64,000 nucleotides of DNA from Haliotis cracherodii (Eukaryota). The DNA lies in assembly GCF_022045235.1 (NCBI RefSeq), contig NW_027266272.1, forward strand, positions 30,318,001-30,382,000, in the 5' to 3' direction. Position 1 is the first letter of the stretch; every line of letters begins with the position of its first letter. A program made the position numbers and the translations under genes. Below are positions 11,525 to 25,026 of this stretch, piece after piece. The notes under the pieces are model-generated. The model was not told where the DNA came from, did no database searches, and saw only the letters and a program-made list of their open reading frames with translations.

Positions 11525-12092
11525 CCGAGTAAACGATCTGATTTGAATAACATAGGTCTACATGTACACAAGGTACTTGATCACATACAGTGTGACAACC
11601 CAGGCAGACAGATGGGCACGTAAGGCACAACTTTCCTTCACCTTGGTTCTGAAACTGCTGATCCTAAATAAATGAATAATTGGAAAAGCACTGCGGTTTC
11701 AATACTGATGATTGTGAAGTCTTACGTCTTGACCCTCTCCCAAAATTAAAAAAACAATATGAAGTACAAATATACCAACAAAACACCTTTTTCCACAATG
11801 ACCAATGCCAGGCATGAAACGGAGGGGACTCTGTGCTTAGCTTATAAGAATGTTTATTAATACACAATGTATGCTTGTATGATTGATAAGGGTGCACTTT
11901 TGATGACAATATATTTATTCATATTTGTCCCAACCTACTGATAACAGAAGAACACCCTGAACATTCTCCTTATTTTCTCAATCCTAATGACCAGACTCTT
12001 TCCAAACCAATAAGGTAAACCAAACCAAAAATCATTATCACACTAGCTGAAACAACTGAAAATATGAATTTTATTTTGCAGCAACTCCTTGT

Positions 12093-12189
12093 AAACATGT
12101 GCACCAACCACAGAAACATATGCACCAACCACAGAAACATGTGCACCAACCACAGAAACATGTGCACCAACCACAGACACATGTGCACC
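12093..12189. repeat. Minisatellite, 21-bp unit, ~4.5 copies
   Basis: Unit AAACATGTGCACCAACCACAG. Confidence 0.9.
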
Positions 12190-13506
12190 AAATTAAATAA
12201 CAAATGAATAACCTATGAACCATGTATGTTTCCCTGTCTTGGTTACAGTATAGATGCTGCCCTCACTAACTAATTTGGGTAATACGCTAAAGAAATTGGT
12301 TCATGGATCTGCCGAAGCTACAAAATGAAGTTTTGAGAAAACAAACACAACTTCACAAGTGGCAACATATTAAAAACATTTTCCATTAACCAAATGAAAC
12401 CTGACATGCTATTATTACTTTTGTATAAATTAGGATTTTTGACCAAAAAATCTGTAAACCTTGTCTCATGAAGTATTTATACCAAAAAAGCAGTTGATAG
12501 ATAATACTATCTGGGTTTTTGACCAGCAATGTGTGCATCTGTGGCACACAGTCAACGCATGCAGAGTTCACAGCTGATGTGTGAAGTGCAATGATGAAAA
12601 AATTAAGTCACTGAGCTGTTTCAGGAAGCCTTTTTTCAATAGTCAGGCCACACTTGTTGTACTTGCTTTATAGACGTTTTACAGGAAAATACTTGTCGGG
12701 AGGTGAAAAAAATAGTACTTCAATCTTTTTTTCAGTTTTCTGCTCCACTACTAGTTGGCTGGTATAAACAGAATGGTTACATGTGGGGGGAGAGCCTGCA
12801 CCACAACTGTTACTTTAGCAATGCAAACCTGACAAATCAAGCATGGAATACTGTTGTGCATCTATCCTTCCTATCAATTTCAAGGAAAACAACAAAACTT
12901 TATTTTGATTCCCATGTTTAACATGTGTCAACTTCAGTGGGCCCTTGTTTAGAAAATACATTTTAGAAGCAATGTGCTATCATCTTATCGGAAGGGTGAA
13001 GGAAAGAGCAAATTCTGAATTTGTTTTTTTCCATTTTAACAAAAGTTACAGTCGACAGATCCGAAAAACGAGTAAAAGAAGTGTGGCTGGCAGTAAGGCT
13101 GTACTTCAGTCTTGACAGGACGAGCAGTGTTTGGGCACTCCAGTAACGTAAATATGTCAACTACCTACCATCAACCAGGACATAGTGATGACAAATAAAA
13201 ACTCAATTATATCTTTCAGAAACTTGCCCATGCTTCCCGTGTGCATATGCGCCTGCAACCAGTTCTTTAGAATTATATGAATATTTCAAACAAGTTATTG
13301 GACATTCTTTGTTGCCTAAATCTTGCGAACAGCTGTCATGGAGTAGAAAGAAAGAATCTCAATGCCTTCAGGAATAGTGTGGGATGAATTCTGTGGAGCA
13401 CTTAGGCAGTTAATTGGATTAAGGTCTGTTGAAAAAGCACCCCCATCTTTCAGAGAATGGTTTTCTTTAAGGAGCTAAATGAGTTCATTTTCTGCAGATT
13501 ACAAGC

Positions 13507-14232
13507 ATATCTGGTAAGATCAAACATCCGATTACTTACTAGCCGCGTATCTAGTAAGATCAAACATCAGATGACCACCCTATATCTAGTAAGATCAAAC
13601 ATCAGATGACAGCCGCGTATCTAGTAAGATCAAACATCAGATGACAGACACATATCTGGTAAAATCAAACATCAGATGACAGTCACACATCTAGTAAGGT
13701 CAAACATCAGATGACAGACACATATCTGGTAAGATCAAACATCAGATGACAGCCACATATCTGGTAAGATCAAACATCAGGTGACAGCCACATATCTAGT
13801 AACGTCAAACATCAGTTGACAGCCACATATCTAGAAAGATCAAACATCAGATGACAGCCACATATCTAGTAAGATCAAGCATCAGATGACAGCCACATAT
13901 CTAGTAAGATCAAACATCAGATGACAGCCACATATCTAGTAAGATCAAACATCAGATGACAGCCACATATCTAGTAAGATCAAACATCAGATGACAGCCA
14001 CATATCTAGTAAGATCAAACATCAGATGACAGCCACATATCTAGTAAGATCAAACATCAGATGACAGCCACATATCTAGTAAGATCAAACATCAGATGAC
14101 AGCCACATATCTAGTAAGATCAAACATCAGATGACAGCCACATATCTAGTAAGATCAAACATCAGATGACAGCCACATATCTAGTAAGATCAAGCATCAT
14201 ATGACAGCCACATACCTGGTAAGTTCAAACAT
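13507..14232. repeat. Minisatellite, 35-bp unit, ~21 copies
   Basis: Unit ATATCTAGTAAGATCAAACATCAGATGACAGCCAC. Confidence 0.97.
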
Positions 14233-14770
14233 CATAATGCCAATAGTTTCTTCTGTTTGAACACTAATCGGATATTCACCAGAATTTTTTTTAAGCAACC
14301 CTTACTACATATTTCCATATATTATAACTGTTTTAAAAATGATATCCAGTATTATTTTTCTGACATAACACAGTTGTTTTTGTGTACAAAATGACATTCT
14401 CATATTGAAAATGAAAGGGAAAAGGGTGAATGATGAAAGTTCCCGCGGTAGTTCCAGTAGTGATGTGACCACCCTATTAGTCGCTCCCTCTGCTGATCTC
14501 TACATCATGTGATGAGACTCGGTCCTTGTGATCACCTGCAGAAACATCTGGCCTGCTTGTACCAATACTTCACCTGATAACAGTTGTACCTCAGACATTA
14601 TCAACATTGGAGTAATGTCATATGTAAATATGTTAAAAGTACATGGAAGATTTTTTGAAAGTAAAGAAGAGGTGGTGTTTATCCTTTTTGCAGTTATAAG
14701 CCTGTATGTCTGAATCTGTGAATACTATATATGACATATCTATCATATACATTTTCTTTTTTTCAGCATG

Positions 14771-15090
14771 ATATCTTGCACAGTACCTGTTAATGCATGG
14801 CAATATATCTTCCCCAGTGTATGTTTACTGCATGACATATCTGTCCTGTATAGTGACTGTTTACTGCATGACAATATATCTTGCACAGTACCTGTTATTG
14901 CATGACAATATATCTTCCCCAGTGTATGTTTACTGCATGACATATCTGTCCTGTATAGTGACTGTTTACTGCATGACAATATATCTTGCACAGTACCTGT
15001 TAATGCATGACAATATATCTTCCCCAGTGTATGACTGCATGACATATCTGTCCTGTATAGTGTCTGTTTACTGCATGACAATATATCTTG
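14771..15090. repeat. ~105-bp higher-order repeat of three diverged ~35-bp subunits, 3 copies
   Basis: Recurring TGCATGACA/ATATCT subunits; 35-aa periodicity in the ORF track. Confidence 0.88.
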
Positions 15091-15710
15091 CGTGTTACAT
15101 AAGCTTTCTCTCCCAATTTAGGCATGTCAACTGGTGTGACAGCTTTGTGATTACCACGTACATGATAATCTCTACATAATGGTTCCTGTCTGTGTTCCGC
15201 TCATGACAAAGTCATACCTGCACAATACCTGCATCTGACAGCGCCAGCTCCACCTGTGGATCAGTCAGCCCACCTCCATGCACCAACATTAACACGCTTT
15301 ATACAGGTGTACAGAGGGACCTGAAGACTAACATCTAGTCTCTGAAATAAACATATTTTACAGGAAAAACAACAGTTGTCACATCATCTTAATAAAATAT
15401 ATAAAAGAGCCCTGAGACTCTCTTCATTTTCAGAAATTGCAATAATCTAGGTTCGCCAACTATTATGGACTTATGTATTGGATATATTTGTTTCGGATCT
15501 GTATGCCAGACTAAGGGATCTGCAGCAAGGTTGGATATCAGAATGCAGACTTTGGGGCCAGATATTTCAGTACAACAGCCCTGATGAGGCAGATGTCTGG
15601 TTCTCACCTATGTAATATGTGATCACATGTGTATTTGGTTCGAGTGGAATCCTTGCTCTTATGTTAAGCAGGCTTCATCACAATAACTTTTCTGTTACCA
15701 TTGTGTGGAC

Positions 15711-16208
15711 TACCATGAGCTTCCCAAGGCAAGAGAGTTAACTGACTAAAAATACAGTTTCCACCCTTGCCGAACTAAGCTGGAATTTCTGGGCATGATT
15801 GTAGCGCCACCAGTAGCTATTACGAGTTATTTCCCTTCCATGTCCCTCCTATTCACCAATCAGATTTCACCTCTCATATCAATATTGCATTTGCTTCAAG
15901 TAAAATGGCGTCACCCAGTGAAGATAATCTAATTGATATTCGGCGGGTCTTACTTAGCCAAATGCATCAAATCACGCGAGAACCTTGATTAAAAACATTA
16001 ACAGATTTGGAAAATATTTGTTGACGTAAAGTTGTCAGTATACATGCTTTACAAATCCTGAAATCCACTGAATTCTTTACAAACATTATGTCAGTTTCAT
16101 TACGCAATTTTGATTGGTCTATGTTCAGACAGCCAAAATAAGACTCCGTGATTCCATGTTGGAAACTGGACTTTTATAGTCAGTTAACTTCCTTGCCCCG
16201 GGAAGATG
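15711..16208. mobile_element. Non-autonomous TIR element (~55-bp TIR), superfamily unassigned
   Basis: Left CTTCCCAAGGCAAGAGAGTTAACTGACTAAAAATACAGTTTCCA vs right TGGAAACTGGACTTTTATAGTCAGTTAACTTCCTTGCCCCGGGAAGATG. TGTGGAC occurs on both flanks. Confidence 0.85.
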
Positions 16209-16689
16209 TGTGGACCATAACTGAGACTAAAGTCATTCATCTGAAGCCAATATCATGTCATCAATTTCACTTATATCAGTTGATCTTCACTTTCCTTCCA
16301 TATCGTTCTGTTTTTTAATCAAGATTGACATTTTATAAGTGGCATGTATTTCCTGCCATTTACATATGAAGTCTGTTAACTTTGGCAGGCTTTGATTTCA
16401 TTACATTTTGCTTTGACCACTTGCTTCTGGCCTTATGTCATATTTCATCTCCTATGTCAAAATGAAATTATTTGGCCAAATTAAACTGCTACCTTTAGAG
16501 TGACATTTACTCATGTTTTTACTGTAATAGCATGATGTAAGAAGAACTGGTTTACGCATGGCTCAGGATTTTTGCTTCATATTCCACATTTCGCTTTCCT
16601 GAGAGCATGTAGTTCAAATGTCAAACATCATAACACTGGCAACATCATGCTGAACATCACCATGTTGTCACCTGTAACATGATGAAGGC

Positions 16690-17436
16690 TACTTGAAGGA
16701 TACTTGAAGGACACAAGAAGGATACTTGAAGGACACAAGAGGGATACTTGAAGGACACTTGAAGGATACTTGAAGGACACTTGAAGGATACTTGAAGGAC
16801 ACTTGAAGGATACTTGAAGGATACTTGAAGGACACTTGAAGGATACTTGAAGGACACTTGAAGGAAACAAGAAGGATACTTGAAGGTCACTTGAAGGATA
16901 CTTGAAGGACACTTGAAATACACTTGAAGGACACTTGAAGGATACTTGAAGGATACTTGAAGGACACTTGAAGGATACTTGAAGGACACTTGAAGGATAC
17001 TTGAAGGATACTTGAAGGATACTTGAAGGACACTTGAAGGATACTTGAAGGACACTTGAAGGACACTTGAAGGATACTTGAAGGACACTTGAAGGATACT
17101 TGAAGGACACTTGAAGGATACTTGAAGGATACTTGAAGGACACTTGAAGGATACTTGAAGGACACTTGAAGGACACAAGAAGGATACTTGAAGGACACTT
17201 GAAGGATACTTGAAGGACACTTGAAATACACTTGAAGGATACTTGAAGGATACTTAAAGGACACAAGAAGGATACTTGAAGGACACAAGAGGGATACCTG
17301 AAGGACACTTGAAGGATACTTGAAGGACACTTGAAGGACACTTGAAGGACACTTGAAGGACACAAGAAGGATACTTGAAGGACACTTGAAATACACTTGA
17401 AGGACACTTAAAAGACACTTGAAGGACCTTTGAAGG
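16690..17436. repeat. Minisatellite, 11-bp unit GA(T/C)ACTTGAAG, ~68 copies
   Basis: Direct inspection; this array produces the repetitive ORFs at 16628-17484. Confidence 0.97.
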
Positions 17437-17520
17437 AATGTGGCAAGACACAAGGATTTTTGTACTTTTCTTCAAAATTCCCACAATTCTGCTGACCTTG
17501 GCATCATAGTTTTCTCAGGA

Positions 17521-17955
17521 TGAGTGATTGAGTGAGAATGGTTTAACTCCGCTTTTAGCAATATTCCAGCATATCATGCCACACTTTGTACCGATGTGGA
17601 GAATTGAACCGCACCCTTTGAACCACTTGGTAATTCCATCATGCAAATACCATAATGCTATAATGCCAATAATCTCAATCACATTATGCTATTGTTCAAA
17701 GGATCTGATCGTTCCATGACCCAAACAACTTAATTGAAAAGTCCAATTTGCTTATAATTTTAGAGGTGAAAATGGCAATTTTATTTGATAATATCAATAT
17801 TTCATAACAAAGTTTGGATTTATGAGTGAAAAAGGATTTACATGTCTTTTAGCAGTGTACCAGCGATAACACAGCTGAGGGCACCTGAAATGCATGGGGA
17901 CTCACACCCAGGCCGTCAGCGTCACGAGTTATAGCTTTAACCTCTAGGCTAAACA
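17521..17955 (-). mobile_element. Two degraded family A SINE remnants (17521-17630, 17823-17955)
   Basis: GAGTGAG...CCGCTTTTAGCAATATTCCAGC...ACACTTTGTACC...TTTGAACCAC and a second, more diverged copy. Confidence 0.65.
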
Positions 17956-19041
17956 CTACTCCATGTTCATAATAGCGTTTATTCCCACAGCTTCAACAGA
18001 ATGGCTCAGCTCTCCTTGTGTTGCTGCTTCAGTCTGCCAGCAATGTCATTACTGATATCATCCACTGATGAGTTCCACAAGAACTTCCTAATGATTGCAG
18101 GTGATGAGCTCCATGCCTCCATGTCTAACCAACAACAAAGACAGATCCTGCCCATTGTTACATGGACAAGCAGATGCCGTATCCTTCACTTCAAAAAGTG
18201 TATGTCATGTTTTATTTGTCTTATGCAACAGCCAAGGTCAAAACAGCTGAACGATTTATTTGTCTAACTTGCTGTATGTTTCTTCTCAATTTATTTTTGA
18301 CATGTACCAGTTAGGATTTGTGTGATGTGGGATCCATGTTCAGCTCATATAAACATATATCGGGCAAAGTGTACCTCTTTTCTTTGAATGAAAGGATGAA
18401 ATAGAATGAAGTCTGTGGATCCAGCGTTTGTTTCCTTGAAGTATCTTGAAATTGAAATCTGCTTCAGAATCATCTTGTGGGAAGCTGGCAATAAACTGTT
18501 TAAACTTGAGTCAGATATGATGGATATATACGCTCATGAACAAAAGTAAGGGCTAACATAAATTAAAAGTCAAATCAGTGGTCACGACATGTCTGTTTCC
18601 AGCTGTGTTACATCCCGGATGTGGTTTTTGCGTGAATGTTTGGAACCATGGTGACCCCATGGATGAGACAGCTGCCTATTGTGTGTGCATGCATCCACAG
18701 ATGCAGGGGGTGGAGCTGAACGTGTTTACCATAGATGGTCACCTGACGCTACGTATTTGTTAATACTCTACGTTTTGTCAGACAGTCTTCGTAGTCTGTC
18801 AGTTATTTGTCTGTCATGATCATGCTTTTCATATACCTGCGCAAATCCAATTACCTTGAAATCACACACTGATTGAATTGTTGAAATACTTTGAAACCTC
18901 TTGAGTTTCCGACCCATTCATGCATGTTCCTTGCCATGTGACTGCTATTGTCATGTATTGTCTCAGAATAATGACTTGTTGCAAACAATATTCCATATTT
19001 CTCTTACTTTACACAGCAATGCATGGGTGACATCATAAAAG

Positions 19042-19140
19042 CATCTTTTCCCAGGGCAAGGGAGTTAACGGACTAAAAAAGTCCAGTTTCAACCCTGGAC
19101 TTTTACAAACAGATAAGTCCCCTGCTTGGGGAAGATGGTA
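19042..19140. mobile_element. Internally deleted copy of the 15711-16208 TIR element
   Basis: CATCTTTTCCCAGGGCAAGGGAGTTAACGGACTAAAAAAGTCCAGTTTC ... GGGGAAGATGGTA. Confidence 0.8.
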
Positions 19141-22100
19141 TGAAAGTGACTACCACATGAACTGATTCTAATCTCACCTCATGTCCCTACAACAGGTTGG
19201 AAAACGTTAAATGGGATTCAAACGATGGAAATCTGAACTCTTCAATGAGCACGTTAATTTTCCTGGTCAGTATTCTATCCTAAGACTTAGAACCGGGCAG
19301 GCCCCAGCTGGCAACAAGAATATTGCATCCATTATCTATTGCATTTGATTAATACTTACAATGTAACATCATCCATTGTATCAGGACAGCATTGCATTAC
19401 AGGGCCATCGATGCCATGTCTGTCTGACAAGTGTCAGACATCAGGGAGAGAGGCAGAAGTATAGACTGTGCTTCACAAAATTACTGATAACTTGTGTATT
19501 CGACAATGTTGATAAACATTCTGTTTTCAGAGTTGCGTGGGTTAATGGTGTTGAAAGCTTGGACATTTGACATTTGACATTTGACACCTCCAAATTACGT
19601 GGTAGGTTTCAAATGAAATTTCTGGGCTAATATGTATCTCCAGATGGAGACACTCAATATTCCCAGTGTGTAATCGTTCAGCTGAAGATAAGTTATATTC
19701 TTATGATCCATCCAGCACTACATGAAAACCATGTATACCATGTGCATATTATATCTTTCCTAATGTCCTGAATTTGAAAATCAGAAAATTTGATAACAAA
19801 GGAACCTAAACTGATGTTTTTAAATTACGATTTATTGTGCTTCATAATTAAAATTGGAAGCGTAGTACATGTATATTTTATCTTAAAGGGATTAAAAAAA
19901 ATCAAAATATCAGATGAACCACTGTATATGGCCAGAGTTCAAAATACCAGCCTACCAAACCTACCATGGTCTGTTTTTGTCTTGGTGGGTCAAATTTTAA
20001 AACATGCACATCTGGTGGTCAGGCTGAATTTGTTCATGTAGATTTAGTTAATAAAATAAAGGTTATGAACTTATACCCTGAGTGGCATGTACCGGGTAGA
20101 TATTGATCAACAGTCTGGAGTGGATGTTTAGTAGTAGACATGCCAGTCCTGCAGGAATTTATCTGAATGTTAAACACTGATATCACGCATGTACTTTCCG
20201 AGAGACATTTAATCATTAAATATTTCCTCGGATCTTTTTCAACTCTGTTGTGTACATGAACATTTGACATACATGTAACTCATCGGTTGTGGCCTTGCAT
20301 GTTTGGTAAAGAGCTCTATGTTAAACCAGGAGTTATTTTAATCAACAGCTTGGCAAATATGACAGGCAATCCCTTGTATGGAGCATGTTGACGGACCGAC
20401 TTGTATCATTTGCACCTTACTTAAAATTTATTTTGGTGATGTTTTGACATCTAAGGAGCATGCTGAAGATCTTTAACTGCAAAAAGTGCAAGATCAAAGT
20501 GAGAAACAGGCTGAGCAAAAGATGCAATCTGGGCAAAGCCAATCTGCTAACCACAAACACAGGGAATGTATGACACCAACACCATGAGGCATCCTCTAGG
20601 ACTTTTGTCACATCTCTAACCATTACATTTTTAGCCATTACAGCTTAATGTATGTTGATGGGACTTAAAGTCTACAACAAGGATAGACAAACACTGTATG
20701 CTGGGTCAGTGTGAACTGGGTGAATTATGGACACCTGAAAGTACAGTCATCCTGATTATTCATTATTGATATTATTTCTTAACCATACCAGCATGTTTTA
20801 AAAATGAAATGTATGAATATCTTTATTGTCATAAATGTTGACGTGGGTCTTGCTGGGAAATCCTGGTGTTTGTGCATTAAAAACCAACTATACAGTTCAG
20901 CATGATAGGCAACACAATGCCAGAAGGGTCCATCAGTTTGTTAGTTAGTTACCAAATCTAATTAAAACCAGATCTTTTACAATACGATACCTCTCTCCTG
21001 AAGATCTGAGGACACCAGGTTGCGTCAGGTTAAATTGGAGAGACCTTTGACATCCTGATCTATATTAAAAATGTGTGGGTTTTTGAGCCAATCCGGGGTC
21101 AGCTTCTAAACTTGATTTGGCTTCATTTCTTTTCCTCCATGATTTGGAAAATGAAAATCCAAAAAGAACACAAACATGCCCTCGATGGTTGTCCCTGTAG
21201 GGTGTAGATGCCAGGGTGCTAAAAAATCACAGTGTGTATAAAATATCCACAACAATATAATGGCACAGCCTTTATTATGTACATTCAGGAAAAGTTGTTT
21301 TCACTATTTCACCTTTAAGTTAAACACATGGGAATCTGTTTCGGTGGATAGTTGAAAGTAATTATTCTCTGGCCTTGATATTGTATATTTAGCATGTTTT
21401 CAAAATACAGAAATCAGATATGCTGATCTGAAGGCTTTGCTTGCTTGTACCAAGAACTTAGAAGCCCCAATGCTGATTGGCTGATAAGAAAGTTCACCTG
21501 ACGCAACCTCCTATGGAGATGGTATTGTACCTGAATAGAAGATAAGATTTCAATGAGATTGATAGTTACTCCATTTGTACTTGGTAAGGTCAGAAGCAGC
21601 GTCATAGATACCTCAAGGTGAACAAAAGTGATCTCTCAAATCGGTTCCCGTTGTGAGTTCAGGGCTGAATAGATCCCTTAGTATTATACTCACTACAGCA
21701 GACTAGAAAGGGGATCAAGCTGACTTGCTTTAGTGGTTGCTTGTGCTTCATCAGAGACCATATAATATATTATATTGTCTCTGGTTTCATCAAACTTAGA
21801 GCATAAGCTGTTGCCCATACTGTCAGCAACTGGTTCATCTGATCCAGACTATGCCATGATGAAGCTGTAACATAGTTCATGATGGAATCAAACAAGATTC
21901 ATACCAAAGACGCTACGCTTTCCTGATGTTGTCCATCTTGTGCCCTATGCCTAACCATGACTCACGATTTCTTATCCAAAATGTCTGGTATATAATTTAC
22001 AAAGACGTTAATGTTACAGAAGATAAGTCTCATAAATAATTGATAAAGTCATGAAAATGTTTCAGAATGTTTTAATGCCATTTGTCTTCAGCGAAACCCC

Positions 22101-22555
22101 TGTGATCTGAATAATTTCAAGCCACCAAAGTCCAGCTATAATATTGCTGACTGTACCATTCACTCACTCTGAAATAGGCCATCCATTAGCACTGATGAGC
22201 CAGTAAGTGTGTATCTCAAAGTCGTAGTCTGTATCATGATACTCACACCGGTTATGATTCCAGTGACTTCAGGGACTTGTCTCTTCACTATAAAATGGTC
22301 TCAAAGTCTTGGCCAAACCATCCATGACTTGGTTGTCATGGTACAGTTCCGATTTAACAGATCAAAAACAATTTGTGTCCATGTTATTTTACTTACATGT
22401 ATGTTAAATAGAAAGTCCAGCTGTAAACTTGCTTGAAATTGTATAGTTGATATGTTTGTGATCTGCATGAAAAAAAGATATCACCTCCCCAGAAATCGAA
22501 ACAACATACTTTCTTTCCTAAACCTTAGTATCATTTTAGTCAAAGTTTTTCTTTG

Positions 22556-22780
22556 TAGTTTTACGCAGCTCCAGCAATATTTCAGATATAACTGCAGCCT
22601 GTATATATTCAAACCTAGGCCACACAATAGTTGATGTTATAAACAATATCCCACGCAGATGGAGTATGATAACACACAATCAACGAAATCACCGAGTCTT
22701 ACCACAACTTACAATTAAGTCGCCTCTTATGACATGCAATAGATTGCTGGGGACCTATTCCTACCTCAGTCCCTACAGGC
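22556..22780 (-). mobile_element. Family C retroposon, diverged subfamily (GGGAC/GTCCC stem variant)
   Basis: The minus strand reads GCCTGTAGGGACTGAGGTAGGAATAGGTCCCCAGCAATCTATTGCATGTCATAAGAGGCGACTTAA...; shared tail at 22560-22590. Confidence 0.8.
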
Positions 22781-23687
22781 TTGAATGATAAAGATGTTAT
22801 ATCAGATCTTATCAGGTTTAAATGTCAGAATCACACAAGACTCAGATGATGCCAAGTTCTGTTGAAGACACATATATATCTTACCTTCAACTGAATTAAA
22901 TTGCAAATGTCAGCTAATACTGGCACAAAAAATTATCAAAAGCAGTGAGTTGTCCAGGTGACCGACCGACTTTATATTTAAAATATTTACAGTGTTACAT
23001 ATTTCCAGTAAATACTAGATACTGTGAAATGCATTGGCATCTGCATAATTACTAATCTATATCAAGAAGACTAATAAATTTTCTACTAGGAAAAAATTTC
23101 TGCACAGTTTAACTGTAAAAATCTTCAGTTGTTGTACAGTTGACAACATGTTTTGGTTAACAGCCACTTGTGTTAGCTAGCAGGCTTTATGCATAGTCCA
23201 TAACATATACCATGGTACGGCCGACCCTACCTTCTTCAATAGTAGCAGTTCCTTTCAACAGTATATCATCCCAGGCATCATCATCTTGAAAGCAGGATTG
23301 TCCTGCTTCCATTAGTAATCGAACAAATGCCAGCCACATCGTGCCAGGAGCTATGATGCACTCTACAATAGACTTATAAGAGGAGACATCTGATTGGTTT
23401 GTTTCCCTACACTTTTGCCATAGAAAGTCATCTGATTGGCTAAATGCACCGCAATCTATTTTTGAACCAAAACATTTGTGTGTGTTGGTACGAAGATTTG
23501 CAAATGTACAGAGGTGAGTTGTTCTGGAGAGCATATAGTACACCACTTCTTGCAAGTTCCTATAATAGTCTTTGCAACTGGAAAGAAGCGAGACACTCAG
23601 TACACTGGCAGTGCGTCCATCTCTCACACCGAAACTGACAAATCCAGAACAAATGCCACATTCAAATCTCAATTCATATCACAAATC

Positions 23688-23772
23688 TTTATTTGTTGAT
23701 GAAAGAATAAAGTGCTATCAAATGAAGCGCAGAAAATCAAAAGCAGATGCTGCAATGTACTTACTATGTACA
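23688..23772 (-). promoter_or_regulatory. ZC3H10 3' UTR motifs: Pumilio-type UGUACAUA (23765-23772) and AATAAA (23688-23693)
   Basis: Exact motif matches just downstream of the stop codon; function not demonstrated. Confidence 0.4.
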
Positions 23773-23781
23773 AACACAGTT

Positions 23782-25026
23782 TCAATGCGCCATGCTGCTG
23801 GGCACCCCCGCCACCCTAATGCTCTGCGACACAATGGGGTAGGACACTAGAGAAGCACTCTGGCCAGCCAAGTTTTGTGGAATACTCTGTGTAATGGTAC
23901 CAGCACCTTGTAGAGGGTTTTGCTGCAGTGACGCTGGTGTTAGCGACACCATGGTGGATGGGTTCAGTGTCACTGACGGGTTTATGGATTGGGCTGCGAG
24001 CGCCGATTGGTTTGGAGCATGCACCATCTCCCGCGCAAATCGCTGAGCTGTTTGCAACGCGTGCTGGGTGGCCATTTCACTGTTAAGCGCTATCTGTTGG
24101 GACAAGCTTGTGCTCAGGTGGTTCAACGTAGCCCCTGTGCCAGCAACAGTCACTGCCGGTGTCATAATCGCTGTGGATTTGCTGACGCGGTAGCGCGCAT
24201 TTTGCTCAAGAAGGACCTCATTTGTTGCAGTCAAATCAGCGACTTGTTTCTTAAGTTCTTCAACTTTGCGCCGCAACATGTTATTTTCGTCTTCAAGCAT
24301 TTGGACACTTAATGAGCGCATGGGTGGAGGGTAGCGTCCATCGATATAGTTACCATATCCTTCAGAATCAAGCCGCCTTCTTTTCAGTGGGCCATGTCCA
24401 TACTCAAACCTGTCATAACTATCATTTTCATAGTTATTAAAAGGCAGAACTCGGGGAGTCCTAATGTCCGTTTTGCGCATTTCAAAGTCATATTCCTGAC
24501 CGGAAAGATGGCGATATTTACACTTTGCTCCACGTTTGCATTCACGTTTTAAGTAATCCTTACAAATGGGCACCTCTCCTTTGAGAATGGGAAGGGAATG
24601 TGCAACTGATCCCACCCCTAATGCTGCCTGCTGCTGGAGCCGAACAGGTAGTTGTGCTGTTTGAAGGTAATACTCCTCTTCTTCCCTCGTACAATGCAAG
24701 AACTTACATGATGCCCTACGGCAACCTGTGTTCTGGAAATCATGGCAAAATGTGAACTCCTGTTTCTTGCCGAGATCTTTTGCTTCATTGATTGTCGGAT
24801 GACGATAACGACACCGCTTGCCTCTTTTGCACACATTCCGTAGAAAGTCTCTACATATACTGTTTTCCTCCTTGCCGTTCATATGTTTCGAGGTACCATT
24901 ATATCTCATGTCCTCGCTCCCACTATCACTGTTGTCCGACATGAATGCCATATTGCCGGTTTGGTTGCACACAAATTCAAACTTGGTCAATTGAGATATG
25001 TTACGACTGACAATGAAATCATTCAT
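23782..25026 (-). CDS. ZC3H10: Zinc finger CCCH domain-containing protein 10; CDS in one exon; start could be ATG 25026, 24951 or 24942
   Basis: Three CCCH fingers (ICRDFLRNVCKRGKRCRYRH, FCHDFQNTGCRRASCKFLH, VPICKDYLKRECKRGAKCKYRH), coiled coil LEDENNMLRRKVEELKKQVADLTATNEVLLEQNA and C-terminal SLVSYPIVSQ. These closely match vertebrate ZC3H10 as I recall it. Putative NLS PLKRRR. Confidence 0.95.
   Translation of the reverse strand: MNDFIVSRNISQLTKFEFVCNQTGNMAFMSDNSDSGSEDMRYNGTSKHMNGKEENSICRDFLRNVCKRGKRCRYRHPTINEAKDLGKKQEFTFCHDFQNTGCRRASCKFLHCTREEEEYYLQTAQLPVRLQQQAALGVGSVAHSLPILKGEVPICKDYLKRECKRGAKCKYRHLSGQEYDFEMRKTDIRTPRVLPFNNYENDSYDRFEYGHGPLKRRRLDSEGYGNYIDGRYPPPMRSLSVQMLEDENNMLRRKVEELKKQVADLTATNEVLLEQNARYRVSKSTAIMTPAVTVAGTGATLNHLSTSLSQQIALNSEMATQHALQTAQRFAREMVHAPNQSALAAQSINPSVTLNPSTMVSLTPASLQQNPLQGAGTITQSIPQNLAGQSASLVSYPIVSQSIRVAGVPSSMAH

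Noticed and set aside
16628-17484. Overlapping ORFs of SSVLQVSFKYP-type repeats
   Set aside because: Artefact of an 11-bp minisatellite that is open in all three minus frames.
23989-24312. Antisense ORFs over ZC3H10
   Set aside because: Shadow ORFs of a real CDS with no recognisable motif.
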